From Candidatus Segetimicrobium genomatis (lineage in GTDB: Bacteria > Sysuimicrobiota > Sysuimicrobiia > Sysuimicrobiales > Kaftiobacteriaceae), in assembly GCA_005888595.1 (NCBI GenBank), contig VBAL01000114.1, positions 573 to 64,572 of the forward strand: a stretch of DNA of 64,000 bases. Reading direction: 5' to 3'. The notes under the pieces are model-generated. The model did no database searches. It was not told the DNA's origin and was given only the letters and a program-made list of their open reading frames with translations. The position numbers and the translations under genes are program-made. Positions 46,371 to 56,377 of the stretch are shown piece by piece; position 1 is the stretch's first letter, and the number at the start of each line of letters is the position of its first letter.

Positions 46371-47094
46371 TCATTTTTCATTTGGGGACAGTCCCCACTT
46401 CGACTTGGCGAGAATTCCGGACAGGCCGGTAAGATCGGGGAGCTCGTACGCGGGCGCAAACCGAGGATCGAACACCGCGCCTCCCGATCGATTCACCCAG
46501 ACTGTCCGGATGTGGAACGCTGTGGCCCCGGCGGCGTCGGTCGCGGAGCCGGCGATGTGCAGGAGATCGTCTCGATCCACCCCCAGGGCCTGCAGGGCCT
46601 TGGCGTAGACCGATGGATGGGGTTTGAACTTCCCCCCCTCGGTAGAGATGATGCGATCGAACGCCACGGGCAGCCGTCCGAGCAGCGCCTCCAGCATATC
46701 GGCGTCCCCATTGGACAATGTCCCAAGGATCACGGGAAGGCGTCGGATCTGCGTGAGCACTCCCAGGGTTTCCGGCCAGGGCGGCAGCGTTTCCCACGCG
46801 TCGATGAGGTAAAAGATCTCGTCTCTAGATAGCGGCGGCCGAAGCGCGGCGAGGACGTGCCGGGCGGAGGCTTCCAGCGCAGTCCGGTTTCTCGCCGGTT
46901 CGCGATCGAGGGAGTTGGCGATCAGCAGGTACTCCATGTGGCGCTGCCGCCACGCCCGCGCCAGCGCCGCGGGGTCGCCGCCCGTGCCCCGGGTTTGCAT
47001 CAGCGCGCCCAGCGCTTGTTGCAGACCGGAGACAGTGTCATACAGGGCCGAATAGACGTCGAACGTGATCGCTCGCAGCGCCACGGTTACATCT
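46371..47094 (-). CDS. HAD-superfamily hydrolase, haloacid dehalogenase type II-like
   Basis: GTG 47094 after GGAG. Motif I ITFDVYSALYD (DxY/D nucleophile). HAD core motifs. ORF track start 47291 is an N-extension. Confidence 0.7.
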
Positions 47095-47308
47095 CCGTGT
47101 CCTTCGTGTCTTCCCTTGGTCCTTCGTCCCCTGGTCCCTGGTCCCCGTCGTGTGTCCGTGAGGGCAGGGTTCATCCCCAGGGTGTCGTACACAGACGCTG
47201 TCGCGCAGTCGCGCTGTCGGGCAGTCAGGCGGTCGCGGACACCGGCCATTCCGCGACTGCTCGACCGCGCCGCTGCGCGACCGCGACGCATTTCAGAGGT
47301 GATGACCT

Positions 47309-48145
47309 GTGGCGATGAAGTCGTTCGATCTCAGCCGGTGCCGCGCCCTGGACCTGTCGCAGAACTTCAGTATGGATTCGCCGCCGTTTGCGTACTATGA
47401 GGGACCAAAGATCACCTGGGTGAAGAAGATGGCCTTCGAGGGCGTGAACGCCCAACACATCTCCACGACGAATCACATCGCCACGCACCTGGACTCGCCG
47501 CTTCACTTCTTCGATCCCGGTCCCGACGTCGCCGGCATCCCCCTGGAGCAGCTGCTGGGGCCGGCCTGCGTGGTGGACCTCCAGCAATTTGGCATCGGCG
47601 ATTATGACATCTACGGCGCGGACCATTTCCAGGCCTGGGAGAAGAAGTACAACATTGCGATCGAGCGAGGCGACATCCTGGTCATCCACACGGGGTACCA
47701 CGCTTACTACAACGAAGACTGGTCTCCGCACACCAAGGCGCGACACCCCGATGCGCGGGCAGACCTGCCGCGGGCATTTCTCCGGCATCCAGGCCCACGG
47801 GCGGAGTTCTGCAAATGGATCCTCGACCGTGGGATCCGCTGGCTGGCGATCGACGCGATCAGCACGGACCACCCCTTCAATACGAAGGTCCGCGACGCCC
47901 GGCGCGATCTCATCCCGGAGGTGGAGAAGAAGATCGGCATGCCGATGGACAAAGCCTTCCCCTGGCCGCAAGAGTATCAGGCCACCCACACATTGCTGTT
48001 CCCCAAGGGTGTGTACCACATCGAGAACGTCGGAGGGCATGTCGACCTGATCCTCAATCAGCGGGTGTGGGTCGGCGCCTTTCCATTCCGGTTCAAGGGC
48101 GGTGAAGCGGCGTTCTGCCGCTTCGTGGCGTTCGTCGAAGCGTGA
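47309..48145 (+). CDS. putative cyclase-family protein (kynurenine-formamidase-like metal-dependent hydrolase)
   Basis: HxxxHxD-type motif region HIATHLDSPLHF and family-typical length (278 aa). Confidence 0.65.
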   Translation: MAMKSFDLSRCRALDLSQNFSMDSPPFAYYEGPKITWVKKMAFEGVNAQHISTTNHIATHLDSPLHFFDPGPDVAGIPLEQLLGPACVVDLQQFGIGDYDIYGADHFQAWEKKYNIAIERGDILVIHTGYHAYYNEDWSPHTKARHPDARADLPRAFLRHPGPRAEFCKWILDRGIRWLAIDAISTDHPFNTKVRDARRDLIPEVEKKIGMPMDKAFPWPQEYQATHTLLFPKGVYHIENVGGHVDLILNQRVWVGAFPFRFKGGEAAFCRFVAFVEA

Positions 48146-49326
48146 TGCAGCCGCTGGAGGATCTACTGGTCATCGACCTGACCCGGGCGCTGGCCGGACC
48201 CTTCTGTACTGTCATGCTGTCTGACCTCGGCGCGCGCGTGATCAAAGTGGAAACGCCTGACGGTGGGGACGACACCCGCGGGTGGGGTCCGCCTTTCGTG
48301 GGGACCGAGAGCGCCTACTTTCTCAGCGTGAACCGTAATAAGGAGAGCCTCGCGCTCAACCTGAAAGATGCCCGCGGCGCGGCGATCCTACGGCGGCTGC
48401 TGGCTCGCGCCGACGTGCTGGTGGAGAACTTCCGGCCTGGAACCATGGACCGGTTCGATCTGGGCTACCAGGCGCTGCGCCCGGAGTTCCCCCGGCTGGT
48501 CTACGTGTCCATCTCCGGCTTCGGGCAAGATGGTCCGTTTCGCGAGCGGACGGCATACGATCTGATCCTGCAGGGGATGGGCGGGTTGATGGGGATTACC
48601 GGCGAAGAAGGCGGTTCGCCCGTGAAGGTGGGTGTGGCCATCGCCGACATCTGTGCCGGGATGTATGCGGCCTTCGGTATTCTGGCGGCGTTGCGCGTCC
48701 GGGAGCGCACGGGCCGCGGGCAGCTCGTGGACGCGGCGCTGCTGGACGGGCAGGTTTCCTGGCTGACCTACAATGCGGGATTCTATTTTGCCACCGGTGA
48801 CGACCCCGGCCGGCTGGGGAGCGCCCATCCCACGATCGTGCCCTACCAGGCGTTTCGCACAAAAGACGGCTATCTCAACGTGGCCGTCGGCAGTGAGGCG
48901 ATCTGGCGGCGCTTCTGTGAGATCATCGATCCGGTACTGGCAGACGATGCCCGGTATGCGACCAATCGGGATCGGGTGGCTCACCGCAAAGTACTCATCA
49001 GCCACCTGCAACGCATCTTCGAGACCCGACCTACAGCGGCCTGGGTAGAAGTCCTGGACGGCGCCGGCGTGCCCAACGGGCCGATCCTCTCTCTCGCCGA
49101 GGTCTTTGCGCATCCCCAGGTGCGTCACCGGCAGATGGTGGCGGAGATGGATCATCCCACCGCCGGCCGCATCAAGCAGACCGGCGTCCCCGTCAAACTC
49201 TCTGACACGCCCGGCCGTCTGCGTACCCCGCCGCCGACACTCGGACAACATACCAATACGATCCTTCGCGAGTTAGGAATATCCGACCGCGAGATTGAAA
49301 CGCTCCGGCGGGAGAAAGTGATCTAG
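48142..49326 (+). CDS. CoA-transferase family III (CaiB/BaiF-like)
   Basis: LEDLLVIDLTRALAGPFCTVMLSDLGARVIKVE N-terminal signature and catalytic Asp region. 394 aa. Confidence 0.85.
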   Translation: MMQPLEDLLVIDLTRALAGPFCTVMLSDLGARVIKVETPDGGDDTRGWGPPFVGTESAYFLSVNRNKESLALNLKDARGAAILRRLLARADVLVENFRPGTMDRFDLGYQALRPEFPRLVYVSISGFGQDGPFRERTAYDLILQGMGGLMGITGEEGGSPVKVGVAIADICAGMYAAFGILAALRVRERTGRGQLVDAALLDGQVSWLTYNAGFYFATGDDPGRLGSAHPTIVPYQAFRTKDGYLNVAVGSEAIWRRFCEIIDPVLADDARYATNRDRVAHRKVLISHLQRIFETRPTAAWVEVLDGAGVPNGPILSLAEVFAHPQVRHRQMVAEMDHPTAGRIKQTGVPVKLSDTPGRLRTPPPTLGQHTNTILRELGISDREIETLRREKVI

Positions 49327-49462
49327 GCAGAGTCTACCCAGTCTCCACAGTCTTCACAGTCTCCCCAGTCCGCCACCCCCTGGTTCATCTAGACATGTTG
49401 ATGTCTTAGACCGAGTAGACTGTGTAGACTGGGTAGACAGGGTAGACTGGGCGTCATAGGCG
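49327..49462. promoter_or_regulatory. large imperfect hairpin built from CAGTCTC / TAGACTG heptad repeats between CoA-transferase stop and accDA start
   Basis: Left arm AGTCTACCCAGTCTCCACAGTCTTCACAGTCTCCCCAGTCC (49331-49371). Loop contains nested palindrome CTAGACATGTTGATGTCTTAG. Right arm GAGTAGACTGTGTAGACTGGGTAGACAGGGTAGACTGGG (49413-49450). ATG 49463 follows. Confidence 0.7.
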
Positions 49463-51238
49463 ATGACCACGACGAAGTGCCCAAGTTGCGGAACTGAGCA
49501 CGCTGCCGATACATTGGCGAAGGTGCTGTACGTCTGCCCCCGCTGCGGGACGTACCTGCATATGCCGGCCCGCGAGCGCATCATGATGCTGGCCGATCCG
49601 CGCGCGTTCAAAGAACTGGACCGCGGCCTGGTCTCCGTCGACCCATTGCGCTTTACGGATCAGCGCTCATACCGTGAGCGGCTGGCCGAGGCACGGCGGC
49701 GGACCGGGTTGCGCGAGGCCGTGGTGATCGGTGAGGCGCGCCTCGAGGGCAGACCCGTCGTCCTGGTCGTGTTCGACTTCGACTTCATGGGCGGGACGAT
49801 GGGTTCGGTGGTAGGAGAGAAAGTCGCCGACGCGTTCGAACACGCCACGCGCCGCCGTTGGCCGGTGGTCAGCGTGGTAGCCAGCGGGGGCGCCAGGATG
49901 CAGGAAGGGATGCTCTCCCTGATGCAGATGGCCAAGACCGCGGCCACGCGGGCCGGGCACGACCGGGCCGGACTGGCCCACATTGCGGTTCTTACCGATC
50001 CCACCTTCGGCGGTGTCGCGGCGAGCTTTGCCTCCCTGGCCGACGTTCTCATCGCTGAACCCGGTGCGGAAATCGGGTTCGTAGGGCCGCGGGTAATCGA
50101 CCTGACCCTCAACGAGCCGCAGCCCGCCGATTCCCACCGCGCCGAGGCCCTCTTCCGTGCCGGCATGGTCGATCTCGTCGTCGGGAGGCCGGAGCTTCGC
50201 GCCACGGTAGCCTTTCTGGTCGGCCACCTCAGCCGCCCCAGCGCCCGGCGCGCGCGTACGTTACCCGGACGTGCCGGCGCCGGTGTGATCCGCAGCGTCC
50301 CGGAGCAATCGCCTCCGCCGCCGTGGCACACGGTGCAGCTGGCGCGCCATGCCGGCCGCCCGACGTCCCTGGAATACATCACGCGGCTATTCGCACGGTT
50401 CGTTGAGCTGCACGGCGACCGGCAGCTCGGCGACGACGCCGCGATCGTATGCGGGCTCGGCGAACTGAAGGGGCAGACGGTCGTCGTCGTCGCGCAGGAA
50501 CGAGGCCGGACCGACGAGGAGCAGGCGCAGCGCCGGCGCGGCAGGCCGTTTCCCGAAGGATACCGCAAAGCCCTGCGCCTGATGCAACTGGCGGCGAAGT
50601 TCGGGCTGCCGGTGGTGACGCTGATCGACACGCCGGGGGCCTATCCCGGCTACCAGGCGGAACAGCGCGGCATTGCCCAGGCCCTCGCGCACAATCTCCA
50701 GGCCATGGCGTCCCTCCCGACGCCGATTGTCAGCGTGGTGATCGGCGAAGGGGGCAGCGGGGGGGCGCTGGCGCTGGGCGTCGCAGATCGCGTCCTCATG
50801 CTGCAGAACGCGATCTATTCCGTCATCTCCCCGGAGGGCGCGGCGGCCATCCTCTTCCGGGACGCGGCCAGGGCCCAGCAGGTGGCCGAGGCGCTGAAGA
50901 TTACCGCCGACGATCTCCTCCGTCTGGGGGTGATCGACGGGATTGTTCCCGAGCCCGAAGGCGGCGCGCATACCGATGCCGACCTGGCCGCGCGACGGCT
51001 TGGCGGCGCGCTGCAGGCGACGCTGCGCGACCTCACCCGGATGAGCGTCGATACCCTCTTGCGCCGGCGCTACCAGAAGTACCGGCACATCGGCAAGGTC
51101 GGCGTCTACTGGCGTCAAGTTGTGCGCCGCGAGATGCAGGAGCTCTTGGATGCCCTTGAGCAACGCCTGCTGCGGCGCGAGCATGGGGCCGGGCCGGATG
51201 AAGATGTCCGCCGGCGGAAAGATCCCGCGGCCCAGTAG
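49463..51238 (+). CDS. accDA: acetyl-/acyl-CoA carboxylase carboxyltransferase, fused beta (AccD) and alpha (AccA) subunits
   Basis: N-terminal Zn-ribbon CPSCG...CPRCG and AccD crotonase-fold region (residues 1-~290). C-terminal AccA region (~300-591) with GGSGGALALGV oxyanion-hole motif. Confidence 0.8.
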   Translation: MTTTKCPSCGTEHAADTLAKVLYVCPRCGTYLHMPARERIMMLADPRAFKELDRGLVSVDPLRFTDQRSYRERLAEARRRTGLREAVVIGEARLEGRPVVLVVFDFDFMGGTMGSVVGEKVADAFEHATRRRWPVVSVVASGGARMQEGMLSLMQMAKTAATRAGHDRAGLAHIAVLTDPTFGGVAASFASLADVLIAEPGAEIGFVGPRVIDLTLNEPQPADSHRAEALFRAGMVDLVVGRPELRATVAFLVGHLSRPSARRARTLPGRAGAGVIRSVPEQSPPPPWHTVQLARHAGRPTSLEYITRLFARFVELHGDRQLGDDAAIVCGLGELKGQTVVVVAQERGRTDEEQAQRRRGRPFPEGYRKALRLMQLAAKFGLPVVTLIDTPGAYPGYQAEQRGIAQALAHNLQAMASLPTPIVSVVIGEGGSGGALALGVADRVLMLQNAIYSVISPEGAAAILFRDAARAQQVAEALKITADDLLRLGVIDGIVPEPEGGAHTDADLAARRLGGALQATLRDLTRMSVDTLLRRRYQKYRHIGKVGVYWRQVVRREMQELLDALEQRLLRREHGAGPDEDVRRRKDPAAQ

Positions 51239-51267
51239 GGGAGGTGGAATCCTCCGGCTAGTTCTGC

Positions 51268-52143
51268 TCAACCCTTCGCATACGGCCTGCCGAGCGCCTC
51301 GGGTTTCGCGAGGCCCCACCGGGTCCGGAACCATGGGGTGGAGATGATGCACAGGATCGGGATCGTGATGGCAAACGGCACCGTCCTCCACACATACCGG
51401 GATAGGACCCCCGGGAGGATGAGTTCCGGGCTGAGCGACAGCTGCCACATGATCCCGAACAGCGAGGCGCCCGCCAGCAAGATCCAGGGATTCCACATGG
51501 AGAAGAACACGAGGGCCAGGCTCACGAACCCCCAGCCCATGAGAAAGTTGTAGTTCCACACAGGGTTATAGGAAAGCGTATACGTGGCCCCCGAGAGGCC
51601 CGCCAGCATACCACCCAACGCGACGCACAGGAAGCGGATGGACGTGACAGGGATGCCGGAGGCCTCCGCGGCTGCTGGATTCTCCCCCGCGGACCGGATC
51701 GCCAGGCCCAGGCCCGTTCTGAAGAGCAGCAGCCAGGTGATCGCCACCAGGGCGACTCCGAGAGGGAAAAACGGCGAGAGGCCCCAGAGGCTCGGGATGC
51801 GTCCCAGCCCCAGTGGTCCCGTATATGGACTGCCGAGGTAAGTGGTGAGCCCGAAGCTGAGGATCCACAAACCCATCCCGCTCACCACCTGATCACCTCG
51901 CAGGGTGATCGAGAAAAATCCGTGGCCGAGGCCGAGGAGTCCTCCGAGGGTCAGACCCGCGAGAAACCCCAGCGCGTGACTGCCCGTGGTCTGAGCCGTG
52001 ATGAAGGCTGCGGTGCCTCCGAACAGCATGAGGCCTTCGAGTCCGACGTTGAGGACGCCCGAGCGTTGGTCGATCAGTTCGCCCAGCGCCGCAAAGAGGA
52101 AGATGGTTGACGCTTCCAGGCTTCGCGCGACGAGCTCCCACAT
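51268..52143 (-). CDS. ABC transporter permease (BMP/nucleoside-sugar uptake family, YufQ-like)
   Basis: ~8 TM helices. Gly-rich loops typical of BPD_transp_2. Confidence 0.75.
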   Translation of the reverse strand: MWELVARSLEASTIFLFAALGELIDQRSGVLNVGLEGLMLFGGTAAFITAQTTGSHALGFLAGLTLGGLLGLGHGFFSITLRGDQVVSGMGLWILSFGLTTYLGSPYTGPLGLGRIPSLWGLSPFFPLGVALVAITWLLLFRTGLGLAIRSAGENPAAAEASGIPVTSIRFLCVALGGMLAGLSGATYTLSYNPVWNYNFLMGWGFVSLALVFFSMWNPWILLAGASLFGIMWQLSLSPELILPGVLSRYVWRTVPFAITIPILCIISTPWFRTRWGLAKPEALGRPYAKG

Positions 52144-52148
52144 CGCCT

Positions 52149-53294
52149 TTACCCCCGAGGAAGTTCGGTCGGAACGGGTTGCAGGGCCTCAGACGGGATC
52201 CGCCGCCAGCCGAAACGGAAGTGGTAGAGCACGTGGGAGGCAACGAACGTCATCATGAGCAGGCCAAGGAGGGCGTAGTCGACTCCGAATGGCAGGCGCA
52301 GTTCTCCTTGGGCGAACCGAGCGCCCACGGAGAGCCCGGCAAAGAGCACGACGATCGGGACTGCTCCGAGAGACGACCCGCGCGCGATCAGAGCGGCGAT
52401 GATGCCGTAGAAACCGAGATCCCCGTAATAGCCGTAGTTCCCTGGGATTTTGTAGACACCCGGGACAGCGGCGAAATAATGGTACCCGGCCAGAGCGGCG
52501 AAGGCGCCGCCCAGGAGGAAGACCAGCAGCGACAAGGCCACGGGGATGATGCCGCCGTAGCGGGCTGCGGCTGGGTTCTCACCGAAGGCCCGGATCCGAT
52601 ATCCGAGCGCCGTCTTCGCGAAGAGAAGGTCGAGGAGCACCGCCACGCACAGCGCGAGCACAGCCGTGACGGGCACACCCAGTAGGAGGGGTGCGTGCAA
52701 CGATGATGGAAGCCCGAAGCTCTCCCCCTCGCCCGTGGCGCTCATGAACGGGCCCCCCTCCTTGATCATGTACGCGACCAGCCAGAAGAGGATCGAGTTC
52801 AGCATCATCGTGACGAGGATCTCGTTTACCTGGAGCTTGGCGCGTAGGAGGCCGGCGAAGCCGCCGGTTGCTGCGCCTGCTGCGGCCGCGGCCGCAATCA
52901 TGAGAACGATAAGCAGCCCGGGCGGCAGGGCCAGCGTCTGGGGGTTATGCGTGCGGAGGACGAAGGGGACCGCGAACGCCGCCAGCCCCCCGGCATAGAC
53001 TTGGCCCGGGAGGCCAATGTTCCAGAGGCCGGCGCGGAAGGGCACGAGGAAGGCGTACGTGCAGAACAGGAGATAGATGGAGCGGTGGACGGTGGCGAGG
53101 ACGCCGTGGGGATTGAAGAAGGCGTACGAGAACACGGCCCGATAGGCATCGATGAGCCGGGTGTCGCTGGAGAGGAAGAGAAAGCTGGAGAGCGCGAGGG
53201 CCAACAGGATGGCGACGACCGCCGTCAGGGCAGTAAAGATCGCAGGGCGTGCTGGCCTTGGCTCCAGCGTGAGTTCATAACGTCCCAGCCTCAC
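52149..53294 (-). CDS. ABC transporter permease (BMP family, YufP-like)
   Basis: GTG 53294 overlapping ATPase stop (GTGA). BPD_transp_2-type multi-TM protein. ORF track start 53411 is an Arg/Gly-rich N-extension inside the ATPase gene. Confidence 0.7.
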   Translation of the reverse strand: MRLGRYELTLEPRPARPAIFTALTAVVAILLALALSSFLFLSSDTRLIDAYRAVFSYAFFNPHGVLATVHRSIYLLFCTYAFLVPFRAGLWNIGLPGQVYAGGLAAFAVPFVLRTHNPQTLALPPGLLIVLMIAAAAAAGAATGGFAGLLRAKLQVNEILVTMMLNSILFWLVAYMIKEGGPFMSATGEGESFGLPSSLHAPLLLGVPVTAVLALCVAVLLDLLFAKTALGYRIRAFGENPAAARYGGIIPVALSLLVFLLGGAFAALAGYHYFAAVPGVYKIPGNYGYYGDLGFYGIIAALIARGSSLGAVPIVVLFAGLSVGARFAQGELRLPFGVDYALLGLLMMTFVASHVLYHFRFGWRRIPSEALQPVPTELPRG

Positions 53295-54841
53295 CGGACG
53301 CCGGCCTCCTTCATGCCCACCCCCGCCATCATGGCGCCGACGGTCTCGGCGCCCGCCTCTGCGCGGGGGATGATCGCGCCGAATCGACCTTCGTAGATGG
53401 GTGCCACCCAATCGCTCAGGGACAGGATCTCGTCCAGGTCCTCGGAGATGAGGAGGACCGCAGCCCCCTCTGCCGTGGCTTCCACAAGTGTGGCGCGGAC
53501 GAACGCGGCGGCCTCCACGTCCAGGCCCTGAGTGGGGAGGTGTGCGATGAGGAGCCGGGGGTTTCGAGACAGTACCCGGCCCAGGATGAGCTTTTGCAGG
53601 TTGCCTCCGGACAGGTGCTGCGCCCGGGCGTACTGGCTGGGAGCCTTCACGTTGTAGGTGGTGACAATGCGCTGGGTGAGTTGCTCCAGGCCCGCGTTGT
53701 CGAGCAGGCCGCGCCGGATGAACGCGGGGTCAAAATGGTAGTTCAGTGCGGTGTTCTCCACGAGGGAGAAGGTGGCGATGGACGCGACCTCGATGCGTTC
53801 CGCAGGGATATAGCCAACCCCCATTCGCCATCGCTGTAAGGGCGACAGTCGGGTCACGTCGCGGCCATCGAGCCGGACCCTCCCCGATGCCGCGGGGCGG
53901 AGGCCGGCCAGGACCTGGGCGAGTTCCTCCTGGCCATTCCCAGTGACCCCCGCCACGCCCAGGACTTCGCCCTCGCGGAGGGAGAAGGAGACGCCGCGTA
54001 GAGCGAGCAGGCCCTTGTCGTTGAAGGCGGAGAGCTGCTCCACCTGCAACAGAGGGCGCCCCATTTCGGCGGATCGGTTCATCGTGCGGAAGGCGATGTC
54101 ACGGCCGATCATGTGCTGGACCAGAGATTCCTCCGCTGCGTCCGCGGTGCGGAGCCGCGCCACGACTCTCCCTGACCGCAGGACTGTCACCCTATGACTT
54201 ACGGCCATGACGATGGGGAGCTTGTGGGTGACGAGGAGAACGGTGACGCCGTGGTCGCGGACCAGGGTCTGCAAGCCTGCCAGCAGCGTCTTCACTTCCG
54301 GCGGCGTGAGCGCGGCTGTGGGCTCGTCCAGGATCAGGATCTCTGCGCCGCGGTAGAGAGCCTTGAGGATCTCTACCCACTGCCGCTCGCCTTCGGACAG
54401 CTGCCATACCCGGGCGCCGAGGGGGACCGTGAAACCATACCGGTTGCCCAGCGCCTCTACCTCCAGGCGGGTACTGCGAAGGTTCAGAAAGCCTCGCGTG
54501 CGGGGGTGTCCGAGCGCGATGTTCTCCAGCACCGTGTGGGCGGACACGAGTCTCCGGGTTTGGTGGACCATGCCGATCCCCCGAGCGAGGGCGTCGTGGG
54601 GGGAACGGAAGCGGATGCGTTGCTCCCGAAGGTACAGGGCGCCCTCGTCAGGCTGCAACAGACCGAACAGGATGTTCATCAAGGTGGTTTTGCCGGCCCC
54701 GTTCTGTCCCAGGACCGCATGGATCTCGCCTGCCTGAATCTCGAGGTCCACGTGGTCGAGGGCCAGCACGCCGGGGAAACGCTTCGTGATGCCCCGGGCC
54801 GCGAGGATGGGTTCCGTGGGAGCTAGGTCAGGCGGAGACAC
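53291..54841 (-). CDS. ABC transporter ATP-binding protein with two fused NBDs (BMP/sugar-nucleoside uptake family)
   Basis: NBD1 Walker A GQNGAGKTT, LSEGERQWVEILKAL, ILDEPTA. NBD2 GVTGNGQ, LSGGNLQKLILGRVL, HLPTQGLD. 516 aa. Confidence 0.85.
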   Translation of the reverse strand: MSPPDLAPTEPILAARGITKRFPGVLALDHVDLEIQAGEIHAVLGQNGAGKTTLMNILFGLLQPDEGALYLREQRIRFRSPHDALARGIGMVHQTRRLVSAHTVLENIALGHPRTRGFLNLRSTRLEVEALGNRYGFTVPLGARVWQLSEGERQWVEILKALYRGAEILILDEPTAALTPPEVKTLLAGLQTLVRDHGVTVLLVTHKLPIVMAVSHRVTVLRSGRVVARLRTADAAEESLVQHMIGRDIAFRTMNRSAEMGRPLLQVEQLSAFNDKGLLALRGVSFSLREGEVLGVAGVTGNGQEELAQVLAGLRPAASGRVRLDGRDVTRLSPLQRWRMGVGYIPAERIEVASIATFSLVENTALNYHFDPAFIRRGLLDNAGLEQLTQRIVTTYNVKAPSQYARAQHLSGGNLQKLILGRVLSRNPRLLIAHLPTQGLDVEAAAFVRATLVEATAEGAAVLLISEDLDEILSLSDWVAPIYEGRFGAIIPRAEAGAETVGAMMAGVGMKEAGVR

Positions 54842-54907
54842 CTCAAATCCTTTGGGAAGGAAAAGGCGGTCGCAGGACCCGGCCGAGGGCCGCTGCCGGC
54901 GCCCGCC

Positions 54908-56170
54908 TCACTTGAGGATGGTCATTCCGTCGAGGTCGAAATTGAACTGCCCAAGCAGCCATGTGTCGGACGGCATCTGCTGGGCCGCTTTCACCACCGT
55001 CCCCTTGGAGGGTATCGGCGTGTCTTTGAGCGCCAGCCCGGTTCCGTTGCTGATGAAGGCGTGCTCGAAGAACGGATCCCACTGGCCTTTCGTCATCTGC
55101 TCTCGGCGTTGGGCCACGAGCTTCAGGATCGAGGCGGGGATGAGAGGCCGCGCCTTGGGGCTGATCGCGTCCACCCCCACCTTCTTATTGTTCATGATGT
55201 CCACGGTGGGTTCCACCGTGCCGTCCGCCAGGGTCATGGTGTCGTGCATGCCCAGATAGAGGAGGGTGCGCGGGTTCTGGTTGCTGGCCATCCAGTCCTT
55301 GACCATGCGGTCGTAGAGGATCTCCCAGCGCGTGTCGAAGGAGACGGCCACCGTGTCGGTGCTCGACCATCCGTAGAAGCCGACCACGTCCATATCCTTG
55401 CCGACGAACCAGATCTTCCGCTCCTGCGACACGTCCAGCGGCGAGCCGGAGTCGGTTTGCTGGGTGAGCACGTCCACCTTGTACTGACTCACCAGGGTCG
55501 TGGCGAGCTCTCGCTCTTCCGTGGGTTTGTACCAGTCACCCACGTACTTCACGTACACGGTGACAGGCTTGCCGAGAACTTTGGCCGCGTCTTGGACACC
55601 GAGGAAGAAGCCGGCCGTGCGGCGCAGGACCTGGACATTGGGAAAGGCGGAGACGATGCCGATGTTCCCGGTGCGGGTTAGAGCACCCGCGATGAGGCCC
55701 TCGAGGTAGAGAGCCTGGTACTGCCGAGGGAAGAATCGGATGAAGTTCCTCTTGGTCGTGACGTCGCTGGCGACCACAGAGCCGAAGTAGACGTTCGGAT
55801 ACTTGTCCGCGATGTCTTTCAAGGGAAGTCCCATGAACTCGGCGTTCCCGACGACGATGTTGGCGCCCTGCCGGATGAGTTCTTCGGCATACGGGATCGT
55901 AACGTCCGGTCCGACTTCCTCTCGGTAGACGTATTTCACGTTCGGATACTTCTGGGCAATGCGCTGGGCGGCGCGGTGATGGGCGCCGGACCAGGTGGTC
56001 CCCTTTATCACGCTGAAGTGCAGGATCGCGAGCGTTGCGTTCCTGGCAGCGGCGAAGGCAGACGGGCCTGTCCCGCCTCCGGAACCCGCAAGGAGCACGA
56101 CGAGCAAAAGCGATGGGATGACGATCCGGAGTGACGCGAACCTCGTGCGCCAGCGACGTGCCCGGTCCAT
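54908..56170 (-). CDS. BMP-family (basic membrane protein / PnrA-Med-like) ABC transporter substrate-binding lipoprotein
   Basis: ATG 56170 (MDRARRWRTRFASLRIVIPSLLLVVLLAGSGGG, signal/lipobox-like). Bmp-family fold. Confidence 0.75.
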   Translation of the reverse strand: MDRARRWRTRFASLRIVIPSLLLVVLLAGSGGGTGPSAFAAARNATLAILHFSVIKGTTWSGAHHRAAQRIAQKYPNVKYVYREEVGPDVTIPYAEELIRQGANIVVGNAEFMGLPLKDIADKYPNVYFGSVVASDVTTKRNFIRFFPRQYQALYLEGLIAGALTRTGNIGIVSAFPNVQVLRRTAGFFLGVQDAAKVLGKPVTVYVKYVGDWYKPTEERELATTLVSQYKVDVLTQQTDSGSPLDVSQERKIWFVGKDMDVVGFYGWSSTDTVAVSFDTRWEILYDRMVKDWMASNQNPRTLLYLGMHDTMTLADGTVEPTVDIMNNKKVGVDAISPKARPLIPASILKLVAQRREQMTKGQWDPFFEHAFISNGTGLALKDTPIPSKGTVVKAAQQMPSDTWLLGQFNFDLDGMTILK

Positions 56171-56377
56171 GTCGGCCTCCCCCTCGTCCCTTCTAAAGAG
56201 AGTGTGTAGGTGGGTGTCCTTGCTGGATGTTTTTCGAAGCATCCGCCGATGCGCGACCGTTCTACAATCCGCGCGGTTTTCCCTCTCGGCATGTCAGACT
56301 GGTCTTCCAGGAACGCGCTGATACAAAAGGCCGGGCGCGTGCGCCCGGCCCTCGGCTTGCTCGAATGGGTTCTCGAT

